24,000 nt of DNA from Niallia tiangongensis (lineage in GTDB: Bacteria; Bacillota; Bacilli; Bacillales; Cytobacillaceae). Within the stretch, counting starts at the first letter, position 1; each line of letters starts with the position of its first letter. The stretch is from NCBI RefSeq assembly GCF_044704065.1, contig NZ_CP162613.1:4660031-4684030 (forward strand), given 5' to 3'. Shown piece after piece: positions 15,741 to 24,000 of the stretch. The notes beneath the pieces were generated by a model, which was not told the origin of the DNA, did no database searches, and worked only from the letters and a program-made list of their open reading frames with translations. The position numbers and the translations under genes were made by a program.

Positions 15741-15925
15741 GGTTCTATTGTCTAAAGGTTTGGTTTATGATCTAAAGTTTTCGGTTATGTGCCAAACTTT
15801 TCGGTTTATGCGCCAAAATTTTCGGTTATGCGCCAAAATTTCGGTTTATGTGCCAAAATTTTCGGTTATTGTCCAAACTCTCTACTTTATGAGCCAAAAT
15901 TTCGGTTATTGTCCAAACTCATCCC
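15741..15925. repeat. Tandem array: about 9 copies of a 20-21-bp unit (consensus GGTT(T)ATGyGCCAAAAyTTTC)
   Basis: Unit starts occur at 15741, 15762, 15783, 15803, 15824, 15843, 15864, ~15885 and 15904. Unit junctions create CCAAAATTTTCGG (an A4T4 motif). The sequence is unrelated to the 21-bp TTGC family but has the same period. Confidence 0.9.
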
Positions 15926-16065
15926 CCTCAGCTTTTGATTAAAGGCACAAGCAAAAAGTAGTTCATCAAACGAACGAAAACCACTTTCCCCACCATCCTC
16001 CTAATAAATAGCTTTCATCCTCCAAATAAATCCCACCTTTCCCACAATCCCCCCCCAAAAAAACA

Positions 16066-16110
16066 CAAAAAAAACACCTCTCAAATGTAGATATCCCTAC
16101 ACTCAAAAGG
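16066..16110 (-). terminator. Rho-independent terminator of gtaB
   Basis: The - strand RNA is CCUUUUGAGUGUAG-GGAUAU-CUACAUUUGAGAGG followed by UGUUUUUUUU. The stem is 14 bp, including G-U pairs. Confidence 0.75.
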
Positions 16111-16120
16111 CGTTTCATTC

Positions 16121-17017
16121 TTATAAAACTTTGATTTTATCTAAATCAGATTTATCAAGTACTTGCTTCATATATTCAAGAATTTCTTCTCTCATTTCAT
16201 CACGTTGCAGTGCAAATTCTAATGTTGTTTTTACGAATCCTACCGTTTCGCCAACATCATAACGATCTCCTTCGAAATCATAAGCAAAGACGCGTTGAAT
16301 TTGGTTTAATTGTTGGATAGCATCTGTTAATTGGATTTCTCCGCCTGCACCTGTTTGTTGCTTTTCCAAGTACATGAAGATTTCTGGTGTTAACACATAG
16401 CGACCCATGATTGCTAAGTTAGATGGAGCTGTTCCAGGTGCTGGTTTTTCAATGAAATTGTTAACCTGGTATCTTCTTCCTTCGCTATCGCTTGGATCCA
16501 CAATTCCGTAACGATGTGTTTCATTGTCCGGTACTGTTTGAACACCAATAACAGAAGCATGTGTTTCTTCATACTGGTCAATTAATTGTTTTAAGCAAGG
16601 TGTATCGCTTTGTACGATATCGTCACCAAGTAGAACAGCAAATGGCTCATCACCGATAAAGCTTTTCGCACACCAAACGGCATGTCCTAAGCCTTTTGGT
16701 TCTTTTTGTCTAATATAATGAATATCTGCAAGATTAGAGGAATATTGAACTTTTTCAAGCAATTCAAATTTCTCTTTATCACGAAGGTTTTGTTCTAATT
16801 CGTGGGCGTAATCGAAGTGATCTTCAATCGCTCTTTTTCCTTTACCAGTAACGATAATAATATCTTCAATACCAGAAGCAATTGCTTCTTCTACAATATA
16901 TTGAATAGTAGGTTTATCGACAATTGGTAACATTTCTTTCGGCATTGCTTTCGTTGCTGGCAAAAATCTAGTTCCTAGACCAGCGGCTGGAATGATCGCT
17001 TTTCTTACTTTTTTCAA
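16121..17017 (-). CDS. gtaB: UTP--glucose-1-phosphate uridylyltransferase
   Basis: [44 protein letters not shown] is near-identical to the B. subtilis GtaB N-terminus. The ORF-track start 17038 includes the RBS itself (AAAGGAGG). The real start is TTG 17017, 7 nt after that RBS. Confidence 0.92.
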   Translation of the reverse strand: MKKVRKAIIPAAGLGTRFLPATKAMPKEMLPIVDKPTIQYIVEEAIASGIEDIIIVTGKGKRAIEDHFDYAHELEQNLRDKEKFELLEKVQYSSNLADIHYIRQKEPKGLGHAVWCAKSFIGDEPFAVLLGDDIVQSDTPCLKQLIDQYEETHASVIGVQTVPDNETHRYGIVDPSDSEGRRYQVNNFIEKPAPGTAPSNLAIMGRYVLTPEIFMYLEKQQTGAGGEIQLTDAIQQLNQIQRVFAYDFEGDRYDVGETVGFVKTTLEFALQRDEMREEILEYMKQVLDKSDLDKIKVL

Positions 17018-17049
17018 GTTATTTCCTCCTTTAGGCAATTCACTTTATG

Positions 17050-17058
17050 ATTATACCA
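17050..17058 (-). promoter_or_regulatory. Candidate extended -10 promoter (TGgTATAAT) for gtaB
   Basis: The - strand reads aaaaaTGGTATAATcataaagtgaattgcctAAAGGAGG. The -35 region is weak. Confidence 0.45.
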
Positions 17059-17351
17059 TTTTTTTGCTAAAAAGGAACTCTAATCCGTATTTACTATTGG
17101 TGAATTTTTTACAAGACCTACAGAAAGACGTTCTATATTACGTCCAAATAAAAAAGAAAAACTAGATAATATTTTTAAAAACGTTCTTAATAACGTACAT
17201 CTATCATATCACTTTTATGTTTCATTGAAAATAGTTTTATATGTATTTTTATATAAGCTTATCATCTTTTACAATTTTTTGTCAAATAAGCTTATACTTT
17301 CTCCTTTCCCAAACACGAATAGAATGTTCAGAAAACTTTATTCAAGCATAC

Positions 17352-17382
17352 AAAAAAGAGTTGTAATTACAACCCTTTTTTT
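17352..17382. terminator. Bidirectional terminator downstream of the lipoprotein gene
   Basis: aaaaaa-gagttgt-aatt-acaaccc-ttttttt. On the - strand this reads GGGUUGU-AAUU-ACAACUC followed by UUUUUU. Confidence 0.7.
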
Positions 17383-17388
17383 ACAATA

Positions 17389-17937
17389 TTATTCAGCAAA
17401 TATTTCTTCCTCTGTAACCCATTTGTGATTGGTTACCATCTCACCACCTGTTGTTGGTTGGTAGTCTACCATATACACGGTTGTGTTCTCAGCGAATTCA
17501 ATAGTTGCCTTCGCGCCTTTCATGCCTTCCATATGATCTGCTTCCAAGGTGACCTCTGTCCCCTTCTCCAGCATTTCACTTCCAGCTTCCTTTATTTCAT
17601 CCTGGATTACCCATTTATGATGCTTGACCGGTTCTCCTCCTGTCGTTGGAGTGTACGTCACTTGATAGGCGATGGTATTGAATGCATTTAATACGGTCGC
17701 TTCTGCACCGTCCATCCCTTCCATGTGATTAGCCTTTAAGATCACTTGACTACCTTCCTTATATGTCGGATCCGCTGCAGGCTCTAGACCTTCAGGGATT
17801 TCTGGCGAGCCAGTCTCTTGATGCTCCTGCTGGGTTTGGCTTGATTCCTTGTCACTATTTTCTTCAGCAGATGAACAGCCATAAAACAGTAGCACTACGG
17901 TAAAAATAGCAGCGATGGAAACATGTCTACTTTTCAT
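17389..17937 (-). CDS. YdhK-type lipoprotein with two DUF1541 domains
   Basis: Signal peptide plus lipobox-like LLFYGC. There are two internal repeats (ANHMEGMDGAEATV...YTPTTGGEPVKHHKWVIQDEI and ADHMEGMKGAKATI...YQPTTGGEMVTNHKWVTEEEI), as in B. subtilis YdhK. RBS GAGGAGG lies upstream. Confidence 0.8.
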   Translation of the reverse strand: MKSRHVSIAAIFTVVLLFYGCSSAEENSDKESSQTQQEHQETGSPEIPEGLEPAADPTYKEGSQVILKANHMEGMDGAEATVLNAFNTIAYQVTYTPTTGGEPVKHHKWVIQDEIKEAGSEMLEKGTEVTLEADHMEGMKGAKATIEFAENTTVYMVDYQPTTGGEMVTNHKWVTEEEIFAE

Positions 17938-17999
17938 ACAATTACCTCCTCTATAATGAATTCTTTCACTTTAGAGGAATTTTTAAACATACGAAAGAA

Positions 18000-19685
18000 T
18001 TAATTGGCTAAAGGCAATCGAATCGTGAAGGTTGTGCCGACACCATCTTCTGATACGAAATCTATTTTGCCTTTATGTTCTGCAATAATGTTATAGCAGA
18101 TGACTAATCCAAGTCCTGTTCCTTTTTCTTTTGTTGTATAAAAAGGTTCACCAAGCTTATTCTTTATTTCCTTTGGAATCCCTTTGCCATTGTCTTTAAT
18201 AGTGACCACAATCCATTTCCCATCCAGTTTTGCCTCTATATTGATAATGCCGCCATTTTCCATTGCTTCAATTGCATTTTTGACCAGATTGATAAAAACC
18301 TGTTTCAACTGATCTACATTACATAAAGCATATAAATTATTGTCATATGTATCTAAATTAATGGCAACATTATCTAAATTGGCTTGTGATTGCATTAAAG
18401 TATAGACATCCAGTAGAATCTTCCCAATGTTTATTTCTTTAATTTCCGACTTAGCTGGCTTTCCTAAAAACATTAACTCGTTCGCAATTGTTTCGATCCG
18501 GTTAATTTCGATATCTAGGATTGGATAAATATCTTCTAATTTCATTGCTCCTTGGTATGCGAGCTTTAGAAATCCTTTTATAGCAGTAAGGGGATTTCTA
18601 ATTTCATGAGCAATACTTGCTGCTAATTGACCCGCGATTCCTAGTTTTTCATTTTTAATCTGAAGCTGTTGATTTTCTTTTCTGACACTTATATCTCTCG
18701 CGATGATAATAAGTGTCGAGCTTAAATCTTCGAAGAGAAAAGGATATGCTAGAATCTCTACCTCTACTATTTTGCCATTTGGAGTAATAAGCTCCATTTC
18801 GTAGGGAGTGGCTATTTCTCCTCCCCAAATAAGCTCTTCCTTATCTAAATACTTTTCTAAGAAATCCGGTTCCATAATCTCATAAGCTGATTTTCCAACA
18901 ATGTCTTCGGTTTCTAATAGTTTTGAAGCTGCTTTATTTGCATACATAATAATATTGTTGGAAGTAATGAAGACCGCGTCTAGCATGTCTTCTACTAGTC
19001 GGGAATAGTAGGTTTGTGCTAGTTGAAGATTGGCAAGGGTTTCTTCATATTTGCTATTCTGTACGGGGGATGGAGGCTTGATTTCTTTTTTATAAGCATT
19101 AGATAATGTGAATTCCGTATCTGTCATCACATATGGATGGGAGTTTTTTAAATAGATATAATTGCTTGCAGATAATTCCGTCCCATCATAGGCACATACC
19201 GCGTAATTCTGATAATTTCTTATGTATTCATCTACTTCATCCTCATATTGAAGCAGGCTGTCCATGATTTTGTCTTGATTGGAGAGACTTGGGGCTTTCC
19301 CCCAAAACCGAACCGTTATATCCTTATTGAAAAAATAATCGGGATCAATTGAGCCACTAGTTGCTTCTATAATACTTGCTAAATGAAGATCTCCACTTCT
19401 AAAATAGACCTCTTCACTATCTAAAAAATGAATCCGATTAATTTGTTCCTTATATAACCCGCTTTCTTCCAGCTTCTTGATTATTAGTGGCCATATTTTC
19501 TTCTGATCTACTAAGACAACTTTTTGCTCCAAAAGCAGACCGGCTTTTATGAAGGACGCTGCATTCGTTATGTATGTATTTTCGTTGCTTGTTATGTACA
19601 TGATATGTGCGCCACAAGTCATATCAGAAAGATTTGTAAGAGCAACCTCTGGATGAAACCTTGTCTGAGGAGTATATACAGCCAT
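18000..19685 (-). CDS. Cytoplasmic sensor histidine kinase (N-terminal sensory domain, PAS, HisKA, HATPase_c), Kin-like H-box
   Basis: H-box AASIAHEIRNPLTAIKGFLKL (the HEIRNPLT form typical of sporulation-type Kin kinases). N/G boxes are FINLVKNAIEAM and DNGKGIP...GTGLGL. A PAS-like segment (VFITSNNIIMYANKAASKLL...) is present. I see no TM helices. The N-terminal ~200 aa loosely resembles a MEDS-type domain (CGAHIMYITSNENTYITNAASFIKAGLLLEQKVVLV), but confidence in that sub-call is low. Confidence 0.85.
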   Translation of the reverse strand: MAVYTPQTRFHPEVALTNLSDMTCGAHIMYITSNENTYITNAASFIKAGLLLEQKVVLVDQKKIWPLIIKKLEESGLYKEQINRIHFLDSEEVYFRSGDLHLASIIEATSGSIDPDYFFNKDITVRFWGKAPSLSNQDKIMDSLLQYEDEVDEYIRNYQNYAVCAYDGTELSASNYIYLKNSHPYVMTDTEFTLSNAYKKEIKPPSPVQNSKYEETLANLQLAQTYYSRLVEDMLDAVFITSNNIIMYANKAASKLLETEDIVGKSAYEIMEPDFLEKYLDKEELIWGGEIATPYEMELITPNGKIVEVEILAYPFLFEDLSSTLIIIARDISVRKENQQLQIKNEKLGIAGQLAASIAHEIRNPLTAIKGFLKLAYQGAMKLEDIYPILDIEINRIETIANELMFLGKPAKSEIKEINIGKILLDVYTLMQSQANLDNVAINLDTYDNNLYALCNVDQLKQVFINLVKNAIEAMENGGIINIEAKLDGKWIVVTIKDNGKGIPKEIKNKLGEPFYTTKEKGTGLGLVICYNIIAEHKGKIDFVSEDGVGTTFTIRLPLAN

Positions 19686-19771
19686 TAAAAACCCCCAACT
19701 TTCTTTATAAGTTTAATATCCTTTTATTATAACACGGAAATTTCCGACAATTTGGCTCATTTTCGTTTTTC

Positions 19772-19825
19772 TATAAAAATTGAAGGAAGAGTTCCTGCAC
19801 TACTTTAATGTAGTTAAGGAACTCT
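19772..19825 (-). terminator. Probable terminator of the Na+/H+ antiporter gene
   Basis: agagttcctgcactac (19788-19803) pairs with gtagttaaggaactct (19810-19825). This is a 16-bp stem with a 2-nt internal mismatch. On the - strand it is followed by tccttcaattttta. Confidence 0.6.
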
Positions 19826-19833
19826 CCCTCCTC

Positions 19834-21858
19834 TTATTCTTCATATTCATACAATGTGGCACTTTCAATATAGTTAATAAATCGACGCAAGTCTTTTGCC
19901 TGTTCTCGATTCAATTCCCCCTTTTCATACATCTTCTGAATGCCTGCACGTTGTTGATCGACGATATGTAGTCGTAGTTCTTCTTTCTGTTCCTGTATTT
20001 TTTCATTAAAGGCTACGCTTGGTTTTTCCCAACGATCAACCAAGCGTTGATACTCTAGAATGACTATTTGTACTAGCTGCTTTTGCTCCGAGGATTCTTG
20101 CCATTTTTCTAGATACGATATGGCAGATTTCATCGAGTTTAACTGAATTTCTTTTCCGATGCGAATTTGTTCTCTTCTATCCATCTTTGTTCCACGATTC
20201 TTGCGCATAATGCGACTCCAGCTTCTCATCGCCTTTCCAAATAGAAACCTCGTGCCCGCCTGTACATTTGTGGAAAGTGCTTCTTCCCGATAATCCAATG
20301 ATTTTTCAAATATCCCAAACACTTCTTCTGTAATTTTATGCTCATTTAGTAATTGGTGAAGATAGCTTCTTTCTTGCTTCAGCGCTCGCAGCCTTATTTC
20401 TGTCATCATCTTAAGATTGGTCTCTTCTTCCTCTGTTCCTGCCACGTAATTTAACTGGCGAATACGTCGTTTATATTCATCGATTAATTCATAGGCTGCT
20501 GTGCTATTTTCTTCCGTCATGTCTAAGTATAGCTTGTCGATGGTTGAGACCATGATCGTTTTCTTTGCACTTATTAATAAATCCTCATCATCCATTTCGA
20601 GTGTGTCACTATTTTTACTAAGAGATGGCAAGAATATCGTTGCTGCAAGTAAAGTGAAAAGAATAACACCTGCAGCAAGAAAGAGGATTAATGATCGTTC
20701 GGGAAATCCTTGTCCAGTATGGATAACAAATGGGATGGAAAGAACCCCTGCCATTGTTACCGCTCCTCGAACCCCTGTCAAACTGATAATCAGCGTATGC
20801 TTTATACTTGGCTTCTCCATTTCGTTGGTCTTATCGGTTTTATATTCATAAATGGAAAATAAATACGACCAGAAAAAGCGGATACCAAGAATGACAATGC
20901 CAATTAGAAGGACGTAACCGATAATTAACCAATTGCTCAAGGAAGGATCTTCTACCGTATCCACAATGGAAGAAGGTATATTTAAGCCTAATAATAAGAA
21001 AACAATTCCATTGAGAATAAATATAACGATGGACCAAATATTTTCTGTTAGAACCTGTTCCTCCGCAAGCATTGTCTCTGTTCTTTCACTTACTAATGAA
21101 TGAATAATCCCTCCGACCACGACAGCAATAACACCAGAAGCATGAAGCATTTCCTCTGCCACAATAAAGATTAAGAAAGGAGTAAGCACCTGTAATAAGG
21201 AGTGAAACGTGACATCCTGTATCCCCTGTTTTCGTAAAATAAAACGAATCATGATAATAAGAAGACTTAACGCTAATCCTGCAACTGCTCCTATGAAAAA
21301 GGTATAGGTAAAATCAGTAATCGCCTCTGCAACCGAGAAATAGCCTGTAACTACAGCCGCAACCGCATAATTAAAGGCAACTAATCCTGAGGCATCATTT
21401 ATAAGGGATTCTCCTCTTACTAGGTTAAGCACTCTACCCGGGATATGAATTCGCTTGGCAATCCCATTTACTGCAACTGGATCTGTCGGGGAAAGAATCG
21501 CTGCTAATGCAAAGGCTGCAGCTAAAGGGATACTGGGTATAAGCCAATGAATAAAGTATCCGCCGACAATTGTCGTAAGCAATACTAATATAATCGCATT
21601 TCCTAGAATGGACGTGCGCATTTTCCATAATTCTTCTCTTGGAAAATGCCTGCCATCGTTATAAAGCAGCGGTGCAACAAAAAGTAGCAAAAACCACTCT
21701 GCCTCTAGTTCAAGCTCAAACTCAGAAAATAGAAGGGCCATCACAACCCCAAATGCAATTTGCGTTAGCGCCGTTGGAATGGACGGGATATAGTGGCTAA
21801 TAATATTGGATAGCAGTAAACAAAATAATAGTAAAATGATTGTGATTAATAAATCCAT
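19834..21858 (-). CDS. Na+/H+ antiporter, CPA1 (NhaP/NhaK-like) family with a long cytoplasmic C-terminal domain
   Basis: About 12 TM segments with LSPTDPVAV and ESLINDASGLV motifs (CPA1 signature), then a C-terminal hydrophilic helical domain of about 250 aa. RBS AGGAG lies 8 nt upstream. Confidence 0.85.
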   Translation of the reverse strand: MDLLITIILLLFCLLLSNIISHYIPSIPTALTQIAFGVVMALLFSEFELELEAEWFLLLFVAPLLYNDGRHFPREELWKMRTSILGNAIILVLLTTIVGGYFIHWLIPSIPLAAAFALAAILSPTDPVAVNGIAKRIHIPGRVLNLVRGESLINDASGLVAFNYAVAAVVTGYFSVAEAITDFTYTFFIGAVAGLALSLLIIMIRFILRKQGIQDVTFHSLLQVLTPFLIFIVAEEMLHASGVIAVVVGGIIHSLVSERTETMLAEEQVLTENIWSIVIFILNGIVFLLLGLNIPSSIVDTVEDPSLSNWLIIGYVLLIGIVILGIRFFWSYLFSIYEYKTDKTNEMEKPSIKHTLIISLTGVRGAVTMAGVLSIPFVIHTGQGFPERSLILFLAAGVILFTLLAATIFLPSLSKNSDTLEMDDEDLLISAKKTIMVSTIDKLYLDMTEENSTAAYELIDEYKRRIRQLNYVAGTEEEETNLKMMTEIRLRALKQERSYLHQLLNEHKITEEVFGIFEKSLDYREEALSTNVQAGTRFLFGKAMRSWSRIMRKNRGTKMDRREQIRIGKEIQLNSMKSAISYLEKWQESSEQKQLVQIVILEYQRLVDRWEKPSVAFNEKIQEQKEELRLHIVDQQRAGIQKMYEKGELNREQAKDLRRFINYIESATLYEYEE

Positions 21859-21980
21859 CTTGTTGTCTCCTTGAAGTTTGCTTTGATTAGTTTCTCTCCT
21901 ATTTATGTGGATTATGTTGTTCGTAAGGTAATAGTGATCAAAAAGTTAGCAATCCACCTATTTTTTCCCAATGAACGACT

Positions 21981-22007
21981 AAAAAGAGACTCCCCTAATG
22001 GAATCTC
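21981..22007 (-). terminator. Rho-independent terminator of the GNAT-DinB pair
   Basis: The - strand reads GAGATTCC-attagg-GGAGTCTC followed by TTTTT. Confidence 0.65.
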
Positions 22008-22018
22008 CCTATTTGCTT

Positions 22019-22528
22019 TTAAAGCGTATATCTTTCTTTTATTAATTTCAAATGATGGCGTTCATGACCTGCAATAATATAGGCAAGGGCATTCACTGTA
22101 AATTCTCCCTTATTCGCAAAGCCTCTCTTTTCCCAAGCATCCTCTGGAAGACCTTCTATCAAGGCAATGGTAGACGAACGAACAGCTGCGAATTCTTGGA
22201 GAAGATTATCTATTGTTCTGGTCGAAAAATTAGCATTCTCCACATAGCTTTCATCATCATAGCCTGCTAATGGCGTTTTATCTCCCCTTGCAATTCGCAA
22301 TAAGCGATAAGCCTGAATTCTTTCCGTATCGATAATATGCCCAAGCACTTCAATAAGCGACCACTTTCCCTCTGCATAGCGAAAATCCCTTCGATCTTCA
22401 TTCGCCTTCACATAAGCAATCGTTTCATCTAGCTGAGAACCAATAATTTCGATAATGTCGCCTTCTGGAACTAAACCTACATAGCCTCTATAATGTTCTG
22501 GATAATCCGTAACTGCTGGTTTTGCCAT
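22019..22528 (-). CDS. DinB-family (DinB_2/YfiT-like) metal-dependent protein
   Basis: His triad pattern (LGHIIDTE ... GHERHH) and a length of about 170 aa, typical of DinB_2. RBS GGAGG lies upstream. It starts 12 nt after the GNAT stop, suggesting an operon. Confidence 0.75.
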   Translation of the reverse strand: MAKPAVTDYPEHYRGYVGLVPEGDIIEIIGSQLDETIAYVKANEDRRDFRYAEGKWSLIEVLGHIIDTERIQAYRLLRIARGDKTPLAGYDDESYVENANFSTRTIDNLLQEFAAVRSSTIALIEGLPEDAWEKRGFANKGEFTVNALAYIIAGHERHHLKLIKERYTL

Positions 22529-22540
22529 CTTAATTCCTCC

Positions 22541-23053
22541 TTATCCTTCTACTGGGGTTTCTGGACCTTTCAATTCTAGCTGATAAAAAGCTAAATCTAG
22601 CCATTTCTCAAATTTATAGCCTGCTTTTTTAATCGTGCCTGCATAAGTAAATCCTAATTTCTCATGGATGAAAATACTTCCTTGATTCGTACTATCGATC
22701 CCCGCAATTAACGTCGCATAGCTCTCTTCTTCTGCACGTTCGATTAGAGCTTTTAATAGCTTTGTGCCAATCCCTTTTTTTCTTGCCTCTTTATGGACAT
22801 AAACAGAATGCTCAATCGAATACTTGTAAGCTGGCCACGCCCGAAATGGACCATATGTAGCAAACCCAATCACCTTTCCATCCTCCTCAAAAACAAAAAG
22901 GGGATATCCTCCTTCTTTTTTCTGGTTAAACCATCCTTTTCTGTCTTCCAACGAATGTGCACGATAATCATATACGGCCGTTGTATGTAAGATTGCATCA
23001 TTATATATTTCTAAAATCTCTCCTAAATCTGTTTCCTTCATCTCTCGGATCAT
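22541..23053 (-). CDS. GNAT-family N-acetyltransferase (phosphinothricin/L-amino-acid acetyltransferase-like)
   Basis: The acetyl-CoA-binding motif VHKEARKKGIGTKLLKALIERA (Q/RxxGxG/A) and the overall pattern IYNDAI..TTAVYDY....R..WF are as in PAT/YwnH-type enzymes. Confidence 0.8.
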   Translation of the reverse strand: MIREMKETDLGEILEIYNDAILHTTAVYDYRAHSLEDRKGWFNQKKEGGYPLFVFEEDGKVIGFATYGPFRAWPAYKYSIEHSVYVHKEARKKGIGTKLLKALIERAEEESYATLIAGIDSTNQGSIFIHEKLGFTYAGTIKKAGYKFEKWLDLAFYQLELKGPETPVEG

Positions 23054-23509
23054 CGTTCTATCCCCTTTTTTCTACTATTGAAAAAATTCCATCTAATTTT
23101 ATAATCTTATTAAGTAAGATACCAATTCGTCGCGAAAAATGAAAGTATTTTTTATTGGTGGAGAGTAATATTTTCACAGAAAAAGAGATGACTTTTTCAG
23201 TAAGCAGTTCTGTTTTTGTGGAGAAAATAGCCTATCAATTAACATAGTAATCGGTATGTTTTTTTCATTAATACATCAACTTCTATAAAGAATTATGTTT
23301 AAAATAGCATAAGTATACTGCATCCAAAATAACATCACAAATGGCTGTTGTCATCGTGCAATGCTAATTCTAATGTTAATAAGAATAGATGAAAGCAGGA
23401 CCTAGCCATAGTAATTATAAAAAGACACATTCCGATAAAATCCGTATAAAAAATATCGAGTGAATCATAAATATTAACGATAATATGTATTTGTAAAGGA
23501 GGGAAATGA

Positions 23510-24000
23510 ATGTTACAAGAATTCAATAATTTAATGGATTATATCGAAACACATCTAACGGAAGAAATCTCTGGAAAAGATATATCGAAAATCGTAGGAC
23601 AATCTGATTATCATTTTAAAAGAATGTTTTCGTATATGGCTGGAATGTCATTGAATGAGTATATCAAAAATAGGAGATTATCGGTTGCGAATGTTGAATT
23701 AATTAGCGGAGCAAAAGTTACAGATATTGCCTATAAATATGGCTATCAATCAATAGAAGGATTTTCAAGAGCCTTTCGTGAATGGAGTGGTTTTTTGCCT
23801 TCAGAAGTAACTAAAAACAAAATTCAAAAATCATTTCCCAAATTTTCATTCTATATTGATATCAAAGGAGGAAAATCAATGGAATTCAAAATAGAAAAGA
23901 AAGAGAAATTTAATATAGTAGGTGTATCGAAAAGAGTACCAATTCAATTCGAAGGTGAAAATAAAGCTATCTTCGAACTAGCTCAGTCCATTACCGAACA
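23510..24000 (+). CDS. AraC-family transcriptional regulator with C-terminal GyrI-like effector domain (3' end beyond the window)
   Basis: This ORF is not in the ORF track because it runs off the window end. ATG 23510 is preceded by AAAGGAGGG. The translation MLQEFNNLMDYIETHLTEEISGKDISKIVGQSDYHFKRMFSYMAGMSLNEYIKNRRLSVANVELISGAKVTDIAYKYGYQSIEGFSRAFREWSG is a double HTH_AraC. The following MEFKIEKKEKFNIVGVSKRV starts a GyrI-like domain. Confidence 0.85.
   Translation, partial: MLQEFNNLMDYIETHLTEEISGKDISKIVGQSDYHFKRMFSYMAGMSLNEYIKNRRLSVANVELISGAKVTDIAYKYGYQSIEGFSRAFREWSGFLPSEVTKNKIQKSFPKFSFYIDIKGGKSMEFKIEKKEKFNIVGVSKRVPIQFEGENKAIFELAQSITE

Noticed and set aside
23335-23526. A 63-aa - strand ORF upstream of the AraC-family gene, and a 67-aa + strand ORF at 17225-17428
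   Set aside because: Both lie in AT-rich promoter or terminator DNA and overlap the RBS or start of better-supported genes or a terminator hairpin. Neither has a Shine-Dalgarno sequence or any recognisable motif.
1-24000. Mobile element, prophage or defence-island interpretation of the window
   Set aside because: I recognised no integrase, transposase, recombinase, terminal inverted repeats, tRNA attachment site, restriction-modification, toxin-antitoxin or nuclease/helicase-type defence genes. Every sizeable ORF has an ordinary metabolic, transport or regulatory assignment.

Overview
This window looks like ordinary chromosomal DNA from a Bacillus-like Firmicute: AGGAGG-type ribosome-binding sites, sigma-A-like promoters, Kin-type histidine kinase, GtaB and YdhK homologues. 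I could not name the species. I support 21 coding regions. In order they are: a MarR-HlyD-MFS(DHA2) efflux operon; a Gfo/Idh/MocA oxidoreductase; a DUF1906-LysM wall-hydrolase-like protein; a YghZ-like aldo/keto reductase; a GH1 glycosidase plus ROK kinase pair with a divergent AraR-like regulator; a PF03773-type permease divergent from a selD-selU (2-selenouridine) operon; gtaB; a YdhK-type lipoprotein; an orphan cytoplasmic sensor kinase; a CPA1 Na+/H+ antiporter; a GNAT-DinB pair; and a partial AraC/GyrI-like regulator. Several ORF-track starts appear too long, because the extension contains the gene's own RBS or promoter. I found no rRNA, tRNA, CRISPR-cas, transposase, integrase or recognisable defence or toxin genes, and no convincing novel multi-gene system. 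What the gene models do not explain is non-coding. Four long tandem-repeat arrays lie in intergenic DNA within about 13 kb: 16 x 52 bp, about 25 x 21 bp, about 17 x 21 bp and about 9 x 20-21 bp. All have the same strand polarity (pyrimidine-rich and G-poor on the + strand). All have periods close to whole numbers of helical turns, with one T-tract per unit. Two of them are homologous and bracket the GH1-ROK cassette as direct repeats. They create long artefactual ORFs in all three + frames. Their function is unknown; candidates are curved-DNA or protein-binding arrays, Rho-loading zones, or recombination substrates. All functional calls rest on my own reading of translated motifs, since no database search was possible.
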